Positions 52,140 through 60,924 of a DNA stretch of 61,531 nucleotides are shown here, in pieces. The position numbers were made by a program, and so were the translations under genes. The notes beneath the pieces are model-generated. The model was not told the DNA's origin. It did not search any database and saw only the letters and a program-made list of their open reading frames with translations. How positions within the stretch are numbered: position 1 is the first letter of the stretch; each line of letters starts with the position of its first letter. Source of the DNA: Thermoleophilaceae bacterium (GTDB lineage Bacteria > Actinomycetota > Thermoleophilia > Solirubrobacterales > Thermoleophilaceae); the NCBI GenBank assembly GCA_035947555.1, contig DASZJZ010000081.1:1-61531 (forward strand). Direction: 5' to 3'.

Positions 52140-53572
52140 GCGGCCTCGTCGAAGTCCCGGGTCCGCCTCCGGAAGGGCCAGGTGAAGGTCGGCCACACCG
52201 ACGAGTTGCGGCCGTTGCGGTCGATGTAGTAGCTGGCGCAGCCTCCGCTCACCCACACCGTGCCCTCGGTGAGCCGCTGGACCTCGTCGTTGTAGCCGGC
52301 CTGGGCCTCGGGCCGCACCTCGACGCGCCGGGCCCCGCGGCGGCGCATGGTGGCGAGCGCGTCGCCCACGTACTCGACCTGGGACTCGATCATGAACACG
52401 ATCGAGTTGTGGCCGAGACCGGTGTTCGGCCCCACCAGCAGGAACAGGTTCGGGAAGCCGGCCACGGCGGCGCCCTTGTACGCCTCCGGCGAGCCGTCCC
52501 AGACCTCGGCGAGAGTGCGTCCGTCGCGGCCGCGCACCGTGTCCGCGAACGGGATGTCGGTGACGTGGAAGCCGGTGCCGAAGATGATCGTGTCGACCTC
52601 GCGCTCGGTCCCGTCGGCGGCCACCACCGAGCGTGGCCGGACCTCGGCCAGTGCCTGGTCTATCACCTCCACGTTCGGCTGGGTGACCGCCGGATACCAC
52701 TCGTCGGTCGGGAGGATGCGCTTGCAGCCGATCTCGTAGCGGGGCGTGAGCTTCTCGCGCAGCTCCGGATCCGGAACCTGCGTCCTCAGCTGCCTCAGCG
52801 CCAGCTTGGTGGCCAGCCGGCGCACCCGGCGGTGGCGAAACTGGAGCACGAACGACTCGCGCGCCCAGTAGATGCCGGCTCGCATCGCCAGCTGGGCGAG
52901 CGGCAGGCGCGAGTAGAGCGCGCGCTCCCAGCGGGTCATGCGCCGGTTCGGGTGCGGCACCACCCACGGCGGCGTGCGCTGGAAGAGGTGCAGGCGGCCC
53001 ACGCGGGGCTGGATTTCCGGCACGAACTGGATCGCCGAGGCGCCCGTACCGACCACCGCCACGCGCTCCCCGTCGAGGTCGTGATCGTGGTCCCAGGCCG
53101 CCGAGTGGAAGGTGGTGCCCTCGAACGAGTCGAGGCCGGGCACGTCCGGGAGCTTCGGCTCGCTGAGCGGGCCCTGGCCGGAGACCAGGACGCCCGCCGT
53201 CATGGGGCCCTGAGACGTGTCGAGGCGCCAGCGGCCGGCGGCCTCGTCCCAGGCCGCCGACTCGACCTCGGTGTGGAAGCGCACGTGCGGCAGGACGTCG
53301 AAGCGGCGCGCGACGTCGCGGAGGTAGTCGAGGATCTCCGGCTGCGGCGAGAAGGTGCTCGACCACTTCGGGTTCGGGGCGAACGAGAACGAGTAGAGGT
53401 GCGAGGGCACGTCGCAGCGGCAGCCGGGGTAGGTGTTGTCGCGCCAGGTGCCGCCGATGTCGCCGGCGCGCTCGAGCAGGACGAAGTCGCGCTCGCCGTC
53501 CTCCAGGAGGCGGATCGCCATGCCCAGGCCGGAGAAGCCGGTGCCGACCACGACTACGGAGTGATGGCTCAC
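52118..53572 (-). CDS. type I Baeyer-Villiger / flavin-containing monooxygenase
   Basis: GTG 53572 overlaps the TetR stop (GTGA). VVVVGTGFSGLG (FAD), BVMO fingerprint FEGTTFHSAAW, second Rossmann VAVVGTGASAIQ. Confidence 0.85.
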   Translation of the reverse strand: MSHHSVVVVGTGFSGLGMAIRLLEDGERDFVLLERAGDIGGTWRDNTYPGCRCDVPSHLYSFSFAPNPKWSSTFSPQPEILDYLRDVARRFDVLPHVRFHTEVESAAWDEAAGRWRLDTSQGPMTAGVLVSGQGPLSEPKLPDVPGLDSFEGTTFHSAAWDHDHDLDGERVAVVGTGASAIQFVPEIQPRVGRLHLFQRTPPWVVPHPNRRMTRWERALYSRLPLAQLAMRAGIYWARESFVLQFRHRRVRRLATKLALRQLRTQVPDPELREKLTPRYEIGCKRILPTDEWYPAVTQPNVEVIDQALAEVRPRSVVAADGTEREVDTIIFGTGFHVTDIPFADTVRGRDGRTLAEVWDGSPEAYKGAAVAGFPNLFLLVGPNTGLGHNSIVFMIESQVEYVGDALATMRRRGARRVEVRPEAQAGYNDEVQRLTEGTVWVSGGCASYYIDRNGRNSSVWPTFTWPFRRRTRDFDEAAYTLAAA

Positions 53573-54171
53573 GCGAACCTCCTCAGTCCGGGCAGGAGCA
53601 GCGCGACGATCCACTCCGCCACCTGCTCGACCGGGACGTCCGGGTGCTCCCACATCCAGTGGGCGGCGCCCTCGTAGGCGGAGTTGACCGCGTACGCCAC
53701 CGCCTCGAGCTCCTTGGGGTCGGCGTCCGCGGGCGCGATCTCCTGCATCAGGGTGCGGATCAGCTGGGCCTGGTCGCGGCGGGCCGCCTGGGCCTGCTCC
53801 GCGAAGCGGCCTTGCAGAGCCATCAGGTCCCAGGCCACGCGGTTGTCGCGCGCGAAGCGCAGGAAGGCGAGCCCGCCGGCGCGCAGCCGGTCCTCGGGCT
53901 CGGTCTCGGCGCGGACGGCTTCGGCGATGCTGGCCCCCAGCTGCTCGATCGCCCTGTCCACGCAGGCGCGGAACAGGCCGTCCTTGCTCCCGAACAGCTC
54001 GTAGATGACCGGCTTGGTCACGCCCGCCCGGCGCGCGAGCTCGTCCATCGAGGTGCGCGCGTAGCCGCGCTCGGAGAAGGCCTGCTCGGCGAGTTCGACG
54101 AGCTGGCGTTGCCGCAAAGCGCGCGGAACGCGGCCGTGGCGAAAGTCCTCGATGCGGGCGGACGTGGTCAC
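53569..54171 (-). CDS. TetR/AcrR family transcriptional regulator
   Basis: 200 aa. LVELAEQAFSERGYARTSMDELARRAGVTKPVIYELFGSKDGLF is a canonical TetR HTH. Confidence 0.9.
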   Translation of the reverse strand: MTTSARIEDFRHGRVPRALRQRQLVELAEQAFSERGYARTSMDELARRAGVTKPVIYELFGSKDGLFRACVDRAIEQLGASIAEAVRAETEPEDRLRAGGLAFLRFARDNRVAWDLMALQGRFAEQAQAARRDQAQLIRTLMQEIAPADADPKELEAVAYAVNSAYEGAAHWMWEHPDVPVEQVAEWIVALLLPGLRRFA

Positions 54172-54177
54172 TTACTG

Positions 54178-54206
54178 GCGGTAGGTTACCGCAGGTAGGT
54201 TGCCGC
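54178..54206. promoter_or_regulatory. tandem 13/14-bp direct repeat GGTAGGTT(A/G)CCGC x2, the first copy within the inverted repeat GCGGTA-GGT-TACCGC; candidate TetR operator
   Basis: Read directly at 54178-54192 and 54193-54206, 7-35 nt upstream of the TetR GTG (54171). Confidence 0.35.
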
Positions 54207-54326
54207 TAAACCTGAGTGGGAAGCGGCGCGGATCCGCGGGCGGGGGGCGGCGGGACGGGCCGCGTCCTCAGGTGGCGGGTCCCACGGGCGAGCCCTGGGC
54301 GGCTGTGCCGGGGCCCCGGCGACCCC

Positions 54327-56582
54327 TCAGGCCGTCGCCCGCTGCGGCTCCTCCACCTTGCCCTCGGCCTCTGCGCGCTCCTCCTCCGCCTCGCCCTTGG
54401 GCGGCTCCTTCGCCCAGTCCTCGTCGAAGTCCACCCGCCACTTGCCGTCCTCGACCTGCTCGAGCTTCAGCTTCGCCCGGAAGGTGCGGCCGGAGCGGCC
54501 GCGGAAGCCGGTGACCGCCTTCGCCGTCTTCCCCACGCCCGGGTCGTGCCCCGCCTCGCGCGAGTGCCGCAGCGACTCGATCAGCTCCTTCGCCACCGCC
54601 ACCGGCAGCGACTTGCCCGCCTTGCGCTTCCAGATCACGAAGCCGCAGCCCGGGTCTTCGCGGGACCAGCACGAGTAGCCCTTCCGGTTCTCGCTTATCT
54701 CGCGCCCGCATACCGGGCAGGGACCAAGCTTGGCCCGCTCGATCCGCACGCCCTTGAGCTTGTCCAGCTCCTGGACGGTCTCGGTGGTGAACTTCGCGAT
54801 GTCGTTCATGAACGCCGGGCGGGTGTCTTCGCCGCGCTCGATCAGGCCCAGCCGCCGCTCCCAGTCGCCGGTCAGGCCGGCCGAGGTGAGCGGGTGGCTG
54901 TTCAGCAGCCGGATCACCTGGATGCCCTTCTCGGTGGCCACCAGCGAGCGCCCCTCGCGCTCGAGGTAGCCCACGTCCACGAGGCGCTCGATGATCGAGG
55001 CCCGCGTGGCGGGGGTGCCGATGCCCGAGTCCTTCATGGCCTCTCGCAGCTCGGCGTCGTCGACCTCCTTGCCGGCGGTCTCCATGGCTGCGAGCAGCGA
55101 CGCGTCGCTGAAGCGGCGCGGCGGCTGGGTCTCCTTGCGAAGCGATTCGACGGTCGCCGTCTGCACTGTCTCGCCCTGGTCGAGCTTGGGCAGGAGCTGG
55201 TCGCCGCCCGAGTCGTCTTCGGCGCGAGGCTGCTCGGCCTCCTCGCCGTACACGGCCTTCCAGCCCGGCTCCACGAGGCGCCGGCCGCTGGTCCTGAAGA
55301 CGTGCTCCTCCACCGTCGTCTCGACCCGCGTCCGCTCGTAGACCGCTTCCGGGTGGAACACCGCGAGGAAGCGCTTCGCCACCAGGTCGTAGACCTTCAG
55401 CTCGTCCTGGCCCATGCGCCCCAGGTTGTGCTCGGAGCGCGTGGGGATGATCGCGTGGTGGTCCTGGACCTTCTTGTCGTTCACCACCCGGCCGAGCGGC
55501 AGCTTGTCGAGGCTCAGCACGTACTCGGACCCGCGCCGGTACTGGGGGTGGTGCCCCACCAGCTCGGCGGTGGGCTTGATCTCGCCGATCATGTCGCCGG
55601 TCAGGAAGCGGGAGTTGGTGCGCGGGTAGGTGAGCGCCTTGTGGTCCTCGTACAGGCGCTGTGCGGCGGCCAGCGTGCGGCGGGCCGAGAAGCCGTACAG
55701 CGTGTTTGCGTGGCGCTGCAGTGAGGTGAGGTCGTAGAGCAGCTGCGGGCGCTCGCGCTCCTGCTTCTTCTCGAGCTTCGTGATCTCTCCGGGCTTGCCG
55801 GTGCAGGCCTCGACGATCGCCGCGGCCTCGGCCTCCGCCGGGAGCCGCTTGCCTCCGAGGTAGCGGCCGCTGTAGCTGCGGTTCCCCGACGCCTCGAAGC
55901 GTGCTTCCACGAGCCAGTAGGGCTCCGGCTTGAAGGCGCGTATCTCCTCCTCGCGGCGGGCGACCAACGCCAGCGTGGGGGTCTGGACGCGACCCAGCGA
56001 GACGGCGCCGTCGAACGCGGCCCGAAGCCGGATGCTGGCCGCGCGGGTGGCGTTCATGCCCACCACCCAGTCGGCCTCGGACCGAGAGCGGGCGGCCGCC
56101 TCGAGCGGCTTCATCTCCTCGCCGTCGCGCAGGTGCTCGAAGGCCTCTGAGATCGCCTTCTTCGTCATCGAGGACAGCCACAGCCGCTGGACCGGCTTCT
56201 GGGTGGCGGCGGTGTCGTAGACGTAGGCGAAGATCAGCTCGCCCTCGCGGCCGGCGTCGCAGGCGTTGACGATCTGGTCGACCTGGGGGTCGGCCATGAG
56301 ACGATGGATCGCCCGGAGCTGCTTGGCGGCGCGCTCGTCGTTGGGCACGAGCTTGAACTCGTCCGGGATGATCGGCAGGTCGGCGAAGCGCCACTTCTTG
56401 AGCTTCGGGTCATAGGCGTCCGGCTCGGCCAGCCCGACGAGGTGACCCACCGCCCAGGTGATCACGAAGTCGTCGCCTTCGAGGTGCGTCTTCTCCTTCG
56501 CCTGCTTGAAGGAGCCCGGCAGCGCCGCCGCCAGATCGCGGGCGACGGAGGGCTTCTCGGCGATGACTAGGGTCTTGCCCAT
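54327..56582 (-). CDS. topB: DNA topoisomerase III with C-terminal zinc-ribbon and basic tail
   Basis: ATG 56582. MGKTLVIAEKPSVARD (TOPRIM), NACDAGREGELIF, active-site region LTYPRTNSRFL, C-terminal CPVCGREISENRKGYSCWSREDPGCGF. The upstream 113 aa of the track ORF is shadow. Confidence 0.85.
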   Translation of the reverse strand: MGKTLVIAEKPSVARDLAAALPGSFKQAKEKTHLEGDDFVITWAVGHLVGLAEPDAYDPKLKKWRFADLPIIPDEFKLVPNDERAAKQLRAIHRLMADPQVDQIVNACDAGREGELIFAYVYDTAATQKPVQRLWLSSMTKKAISEAFEHLRDGEEMKPLEAAARSRSEADWVVGMNATRAASIRLRAAFDGAVSLGRVQTPTLALVARREEEIRAFKPEPYWLVEARFEASGNRSYSGRYLGGKRLPAEAEAAAIVEACTGKPGEITKLEKKQERERPQLLYDLTSLQRHANTLYGFSARRTLAAAQRLYEDHKALTYPRTNSRFLTGDMIGEIKPTAELVGHHPQYRRGSEYVLSLDKLPLGRVVNDKKVQDHHAIIPTRSEHNLGRMGQDELKVYDLVAKRFLAVFHPEAVYERTRVETTVEEHVFRTSGRRLVEPGWKAVYGEEAEQPRAEDDSGGDQLLPKLDQGETVQTATVESLRKETQPPRRFSDASLLAAMETAGKEVDDAELREAMKDSGIGTPATRASIIERLVDVGYLEREGRSLVATEKGIQVIRLLNSHPLTSAGLTGDWERRLGLIERGEDTRPAFMNDIAKFTTETVQELDKLKGVRIERAKLGPCPVCGREISENRKGYSCWSREDPGCGFVIWKRKAGKSLPVAVAKELIESLRHSREAGHDPGVGKTAKAVTGFRGRSGRTFRAKLKLEQVEDGKWRVDFDEDWAKEPPKGEAEEERAEAEGKVEEPQRATA

Positions 56583-57984
56583 CACTCTCCACGATACGCA
56601 CGTAGTCCGCCACAACGCCACCGGTTGGTGGCTGGACGAAGCCGGAACGGTAGAGGCTTTCGCCCCGCTCGACGGACGGATCGATGCCGACGTGGTCGTG
56701 ATCGGCGGCGGATACACCGGCATGTGGACGGCCTGGCACCTGCTCGACGCGGGGGCCTCCGTGGCGCTGCTGGAGGGGGGTGTCTGCGGGCACGGGCCGA
56801 GCGGACGGAACGGGGGTTTCTGCGAGTCGATGTGGCTGTCGGCGCCGGCGCTGCGGGAGCGTTTCGGCGACGGGCCGGCCCGGGCGCTGCTCGACTCCTC
56901 GAGCGATTCCGTCTCGTTCATCGGGGACTGGTGCCGCTCCGAGGGCGTGGACGCGTGGTTCGACCAGTCGGGCTACATGTGCGTGTCCACGGCGCCGGCG
57001 TTCGACGACGTGGGCCGGGAGGCGGTTGCCGCCGCCGCGGCGCTTGGGGCCCCGGAGCGGGTGGTGGAGCTGTCCGGCGCCGAGGTGCGCGCCCGCTGTG
57101 ACTCCGCGCTGTTCCGGCGGGGCGTGCTGATCCCGGACTTCGCCACGCTGCAGCCGGCCAGGCTGGCGCTGGGGCTGCGGCGGCGGCTGGTGGAGCGCGG
57201 GGCGCGGGTATTCGAGCGCTCCCATGTTCGGGCGCTGCGCGGAACAGAGGCCGAAACCGCTTCGGGCCGCGTGCGGGCCGGCGCGGCGGTGCTCGCGGTC
57301 GGGTCCGCCGTTCGGGCGCTTCGCGAGCTGCGCGGGCGGCTGACCGTCACCTCCTCCCACGTCGTACTCACCGAGCCGGTGCCGGACGTGATCGAGCGAA
57401 TCGGCTGGACCGGCGGCGAATGCATCACGGACGGCCGCACGCTCCTGCACTACTTCCGCACCACGCGTGACGGCCGGATCCTGCTCGGCTGGGGCGGCGG
57501 CCGGCTGGCCTACGGGGCGCGCCTGAACGGCCGGGTGGAGGTGGACCCCGAGATCGCGTCACAGACGCACGCCGCGCTCCTGCGCCTCTTCCCCGACCTG
57601 GCCGGCCGCCGCATCGATCACGCCTGGGGCGGGCCGATCGACGTGTCGCCCAGTCACATTCCGCAGATCGGGACGCTGCCCGATGCGCCCGTCCACTTCG
57701 CGTTCGGCTTCACGGGCAACGGCGTGGGCCCGTCGCAGCTCGCGGGTCGCACGCTCGCCTCGCTCGCTCTCGACCGCCGCGACGACCACACCCGCCTGCC
57801 GATCGTGGACGCCGGTCCCGGCGCCCGCGTGCCGCCGGAGCCCCTCACGTGGCTGGGGGGCTCGCTGGTGCGCTCCGCGCTGATCCGCCGCGAGCGCGTG
57901 GCCGAGGACGGCGGCGAGGCCGATCCGCTGACCCGCGCGATCTGCGCCGCCCCGCGGGCGATGGGCATGCACCTCGGCCGCTGA
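56563..57984 (+). CDS. FAD-dependent oxidoreductase (DAO/PuuB-like)
   Basis: DADVVVIGGGYTGMWTAWHL dinucleotide-binding motif, GRNGGF. The only in-frame ATG/GTG/TTG upstream of the conserved WW...DVVVIGGG region after the topB start is ATG 56563, which overlaps the divergent topB start by 20 nt. The start is uncertain. Confidence 0.7.
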   Translation: MTRVLPITLHDTHVVRHNATGWWLDEAGTVEAFAPLDGRIDADVVVIGGGYTGMWTAWHLLDAGASVALLEGGVCGHGPSGRNGGFCESMWLSAPALRERFGDGPARALLDSSSDSVSFIGDWCRSEGVDAWFDQSGYMCVSTAPAFDDVGREAVAAAAALGAPERVVELSGAEVRARCDSALFRRGVLIPDFATLQPARLALGLRRRLVERGARVFERSHVRALRGTEAETASGRVRAGAAVLAVGSAVRALRELRGRLTVTSSHVVLTEPVPDVIERIGWTGGECITDGRTLLHYFRTTRDGRILLGWGGGRLAYGARLNGRVEVDPEIASQTHAALLRLFPDLAGRRIDHAWGGPIDVSPSHIPQIGTLPDAPVHFAFGFTGNGVGPSQLAGRTLASLALDRRDDHTRLPIVDAGPGARVPPEPLTWLGGSLVRSALIRRERVAEDGGEADPLTRAICAAPRAMGMHLGR

Positions 57985-58024
57985 GCGGGCGTAATTTGGC
58001 TTCCTGATCCCGGTTGGAGGGGCT

Positions 58025-59602
58025 GTGACCGGGACTGCGCTTTCCGTCCAGGTCCCCTTTCGCGGCACCCCAATCCGCGGTACGGTGACACCAGTGCGCA
58101 GGCTCGCGAGGCTGAGCGGGGGCGCCGACGAGTCGGCGCTTGCTCGCCGTGCCGCCGCCGGCGACCGTGACGCCTTCGCCCGGCTCTACGAGCGCCACGA
58201 GAGCCGAGTCTTCAACCTCTGCTACCGCATCCTCGGCTCGCGCGACGATGCCGCCGACGCCGCCCAGGAGGCGTTCGTCGGGATCCTCCGCCGTCTGCCG
58301 GAGCTGGCCGGCGAGGAGCTGGCCTTCGGTTCGTATGTGCTGAGCTCGGCCCGCAACGCCTGCTACGACCAGATCGAGCGCAGCAAGCGCACTCGGCCGG
58401 TCGACGAGATGCCGGAGGCGCCGGCGCCCGTGGGCGGCGGCTTCGATCCGGGCGATCCCGAGGAGGACCCCGAGCGCAGGATGCTGCTCGAGGCGCGCAC
58501 CGAGGAGATCCGGCTGGCCAACCTGAGCCTGCCCGAGCGCCAGCGCGAGGTGCTGGCGCTGCGGGAGCTCGAGGAGCTGTCGTACGACGAGATCGCCGGG
58601 CTGATGGACATGAACCGCAACTCGGTGGCGCAGCTGATCTCGCGTGCCCGGATCAACCTGCGCGACGCCCTGCGCGGCAGCGCGCTCGCCTCGATCGCCG
58701 CGAGCTCGCCGGACTGCGAGGGGGCGCTGCGGCTGGTCGCGCTGGAGCAGGACGGCGAGCTCGACGAGACCTCCCACGACGCGGGCTGGCTCACCGAGCA
58801 CCTGATGCACTGCCACACCTGCCGCCTCGGCCGCGACGCCATGCAGGAGGCCGGCGTCTCCTACCGGGCGTGGGCGCCGGTCGCGGCAGGGCCACTGCTG
58901 TTCCGGGAGACGATGGCGCGCGCCGCCGAGCACCTGCGCGCCAACCGAAACGAGGCGGTGGCACGCCACCAGCCGAGGCGGGGCATCACCACCGAGTTCG
59001 GGCGGGCGGCCGCCCTGGGCCATCGGCTCGCAGGCGGAGCCCGCGCGGCGATCCTCAGCCACCGCCGCCGGGACCTCACGCTGATCGGAGTGCTCACCTG
59101 CCTGCTCCTGCTGGTGGTGCTGGTAGGCGCGACGTCGGAGGACGATCCCCTGCCCGTGACCGTGCCGGCGGCGGAGGAAGGAGAGGCGGTGGCGGCGGAG
59201 GAGGTGCGAAAGTCACCTACCGGAGCGAAGGAGAAGAAGGCGAGGAAGAAGAAGCGGCGCCGGCCCGAGGAGCCGGCCGCCCCCGTCTACGAGCCGGTGG
59301 CGCCGGCCGCCGTGCCGGTGGCGGTAGAGCCTGAGCCGGCCGAGCCCAAACGCCCGAAGCGGAGACCTCGTACGCGGGTGAACGTCGAGCGGCGCCCGGA
59401 GAACCCCCCGGAGCGGCGTTCCCAGCCGGAGCCGGTGCCCGAGATCACGCCCGAGCCGCCCCCGCCGCCTCCCACGGAGACCGCGCCGGCACCGGCCCCG
59501 CCCCCCGAGCCGCCTGCGCAACCCCCACCGCCCCCGCCGCAGCAGCCGCCGCCTCCGCCCCCTTGCACCGGCCCCAACTGCGGACAGCCGCCCGGCCCCT
59601 AG
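58025..59602 (+). CDS. ECF-type sigma-70 factor fused in one polypeptide to a zf-HC2 anti-sigma-like domain, a TM helix and a Pro-rich extracytoplasmic tail
   Basis: Sigma region 2 DRDAFARLYERHESRVFNLCYRILG. Region 4 LPERQREVLALRELEELSYDEIAGLMDMNRNSVAQLISRAR. ZAS motif HLMHCHTC (Hx3Cx2C). TM helix LIGVLTCLLLLVVLVGA. Tail ...PPPPPPQQPPPPPPCTGPNCGQPPGP. The start lies somewhere in 58025-58094. Confidence 0.8.
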   Translation: MTGTALSVQVPFRGTPIRGTVTPVRRLARLSGGADESALARRAAAGDRDAFARLYERHESRVFNLCYRILGSRDDAADAAQEAFVGILRRLPELAGEELAFGSYVLSSARNACYDQIERSKRTRPVDEMPEAPAPVGGGFDPGDPEEDPERRMLLEARTEEIRLANLSLPERQREVLALRELEELSYDEIAGLMDMNRNSVAQLISRARINLRDALRGSALASIAASSPDCEGALRLVALEQDGELDETSHDAGWLTEHLMHCHTCRLGRDAMQEAGVSYRAWAPVAAGPLLFRETMARAAEHLRANRNEAVARHQPRRGITTEFGRAAALGHRLAGGARAAILSHRRRDLTLIGVLTCLLLLVVLVGATSEDDPLPVTVPAAEEGEAVAAEEVRKSPTGAKEKKARKKKRRRPEEPAAPVYEPVAPAAVPVAVEPEPAEPKRPKRRPRTRVNVERRPENPPERRSQPEPVPEITPEPPPPPPTETAPAPAPPPEPPAQPPPPPPQQPPPPPPCTGPNCGQPPGP

Positions 59603-59670
59603 CGGGGCGACCTGGAAGCCGCGGCACTCGCGGGCGCACGGCCGGCCTCACAGCCGCCCGGCCCCTAGCG
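59584..59670. repeat. 21-bp perfect direct repeat ACAGCCGCCCGGCCCCTAGCG (59584-59604 and 59650-59670) carrying the stop codons of both convergent genes
   Basis: Read directly. The CTAG inside copy 1 supplies the TAG of the ECF gene, and inside copy 2 it supplies the TAG (reverse strand) of the MarP-like gene. Confidence 0.8.
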
Positions 59671-60813
59671 CGCACACGGGCCGGTGTTCACCGGCCGGCT
59701 CGCGCTTTCGAGCGCGTCCTGCACGATCGGCACGGGTATCCCGTAACCGCTCTGGCCGCCGTCCGAGACGGTCGCCGCGAAGATCGTCGAGACCACGCGG
59801 CCGTTGCCGTCCACCATCGGCCCGCCCGAGTTGCCCTGGCGCACCAGGCCGCGCAGCGCGGTGATGGTGCGGCGCACCGGGCCGCGGCCGTAGGCGTCCT
59901 GCGACACCACCGTCGAGGTCTGGCCGAGCCGGCCGGGCTGCACGTCGTAGGGGCCGTCCTCGGGGAAGCCGAGGATCGCCGCGGAGGTGCCGGCGTCGGC
60001 GCCCTCGTTCATCCGCAGGCGCGGCGCCCCCGCCAGCTCCGGCACGCGCAGCAGGGCGAGATCGTTGCGGGCGTCGAACCAGATCGGCTCCGTGTCGAGC
60101 CGGTCTCCCTCGCCGCCGACCTGAACGGTCGTGTCGTCCTGCCCGGCCACCACGTGCGCGTTCGTGACCACCACCCCGTTGCGGGCCACCCAGCCGCTCC
60201 CCTGCACACCGAGGCCGCAGGCCGTGCCGAGCACCCGCACCACGCCGCGACCCGCCCTCTGCACCTGGGGATCGCGCGCGATGCGGGAGTCGGGCGGCCG
60301 CACGTTCGGCCGCGGGCCGTCGATCTCCGGGAAGGGGTCGAAGCGGGCGAGCGCCTGCAGGACCGGCCCGGACGGCGGCAGGCGCTCGTTGAGCTCCTGC
60401 AGGATCGCCGAGCGCTGGATCGGCTCGCGCAGCTCGCGCGCGCCCGGGGTCTGAAGTGCCACGGCGCCCGCGATCCAGACGAGTCCCAGGCCGATGCACG
60501 CCACCAGCACCGCTCCGGCCACGCCGTCGAGCACGCCGAGCTGCTCGCCCATGCGTTGGCGCAGGTGGAAGCCGAGCAGCTCGAGCCCCGAGGCCAGGAT
60601 GCCCCCGATCAGCAGCGCGCCGATCAGCGCGAACAGGGGCGCATACGGTGACTGCGAGCCCTCCTCCAGGAGCAGCGGCCCGAGCCGCGAACCAAGAAAA
60701 GCGCCGCCCGCGAAGCCGGCCAGCGAAAGCGCCCCTACGATCAGACCCTGGGCATACCCCCAAACGCCCATCAGGCCCGTAAAAGCGATGATGATCCAGT
60801 CGAGCGCCGTCAC
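59665..60813 (-). CDS. MarP-like membrane-anchored trypsin-type serine protease (CvpA-like TM domain plus S1 protease)
   Basis: GTG 60813. VTALDWIIIAFTGLMGVWGYAQGLIVGALSLAGF (CvpA-like), VVTNAHVVAG (His), NDLALLRV (Asp), GNSGGPMVD (Ser). Confidence 0.85.
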   Translation of the reverse strand: MTALDWIIIAFTGLMGVWGYAQGLIVGALSLAGFAGGAFLGSRLGPLLLEEGSQSPYAPLFALIGALLIGGILASGLELLGFHLRQRMGEQLGVLDGVAGAVLVACIGLGLVWIAGAVALQTPGARELREPIQRSAILQELNERLPPSGPVLQALARFDPFPEIDGPRPNVRPPDSRIARDPQVQRAGRGVVRVLGTACGLGVQGSGWVARNGVVVTNAHVVAGQDDTTVQVGGEGDRLDTEPIWFDARNDLALLRVPELAGAPRLRMNEGADAGTSAAILGFPEDGPYDVQPGRLGQTSTVVSQDAYGRGPVRRTITALRGLVRQGNSGGPMVDGNGRVVSTIFAATVSDGGQSGYGIPVPIVQDALESASRPVNTGPCAR

Positions 60814-60924
60814 AGGCGCGAGGCAGCCTAGTGCCCCCGGACTAGCGCCGACCCCGGCATGATCGGGCTGTTCCCCACGCGCCGACGCAGGCTGACCGAC
60901 CGCGCGCTCCCCGGTCTTACGGCA

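Noticed and set aside
51015-53366. Upstream 784 aa of the 1051-aa ORF 50211..53366, and ORF 51959..53677 (+)
   Set aside because: Shadow composition. They overlap the metallophosphoesterase (+) and the Baeyer-Villiger monooxygenase (-), which carry diagnostic motifs.
54268-56394. 708-aa minus-strand ORF out of frame with topB, and 502-aa plus-strand ORF 54216..55724
   Set aside because: R/G/P/A-rich with no motifs. The topB frame has TOPRIM and active-site Tyr motifs.
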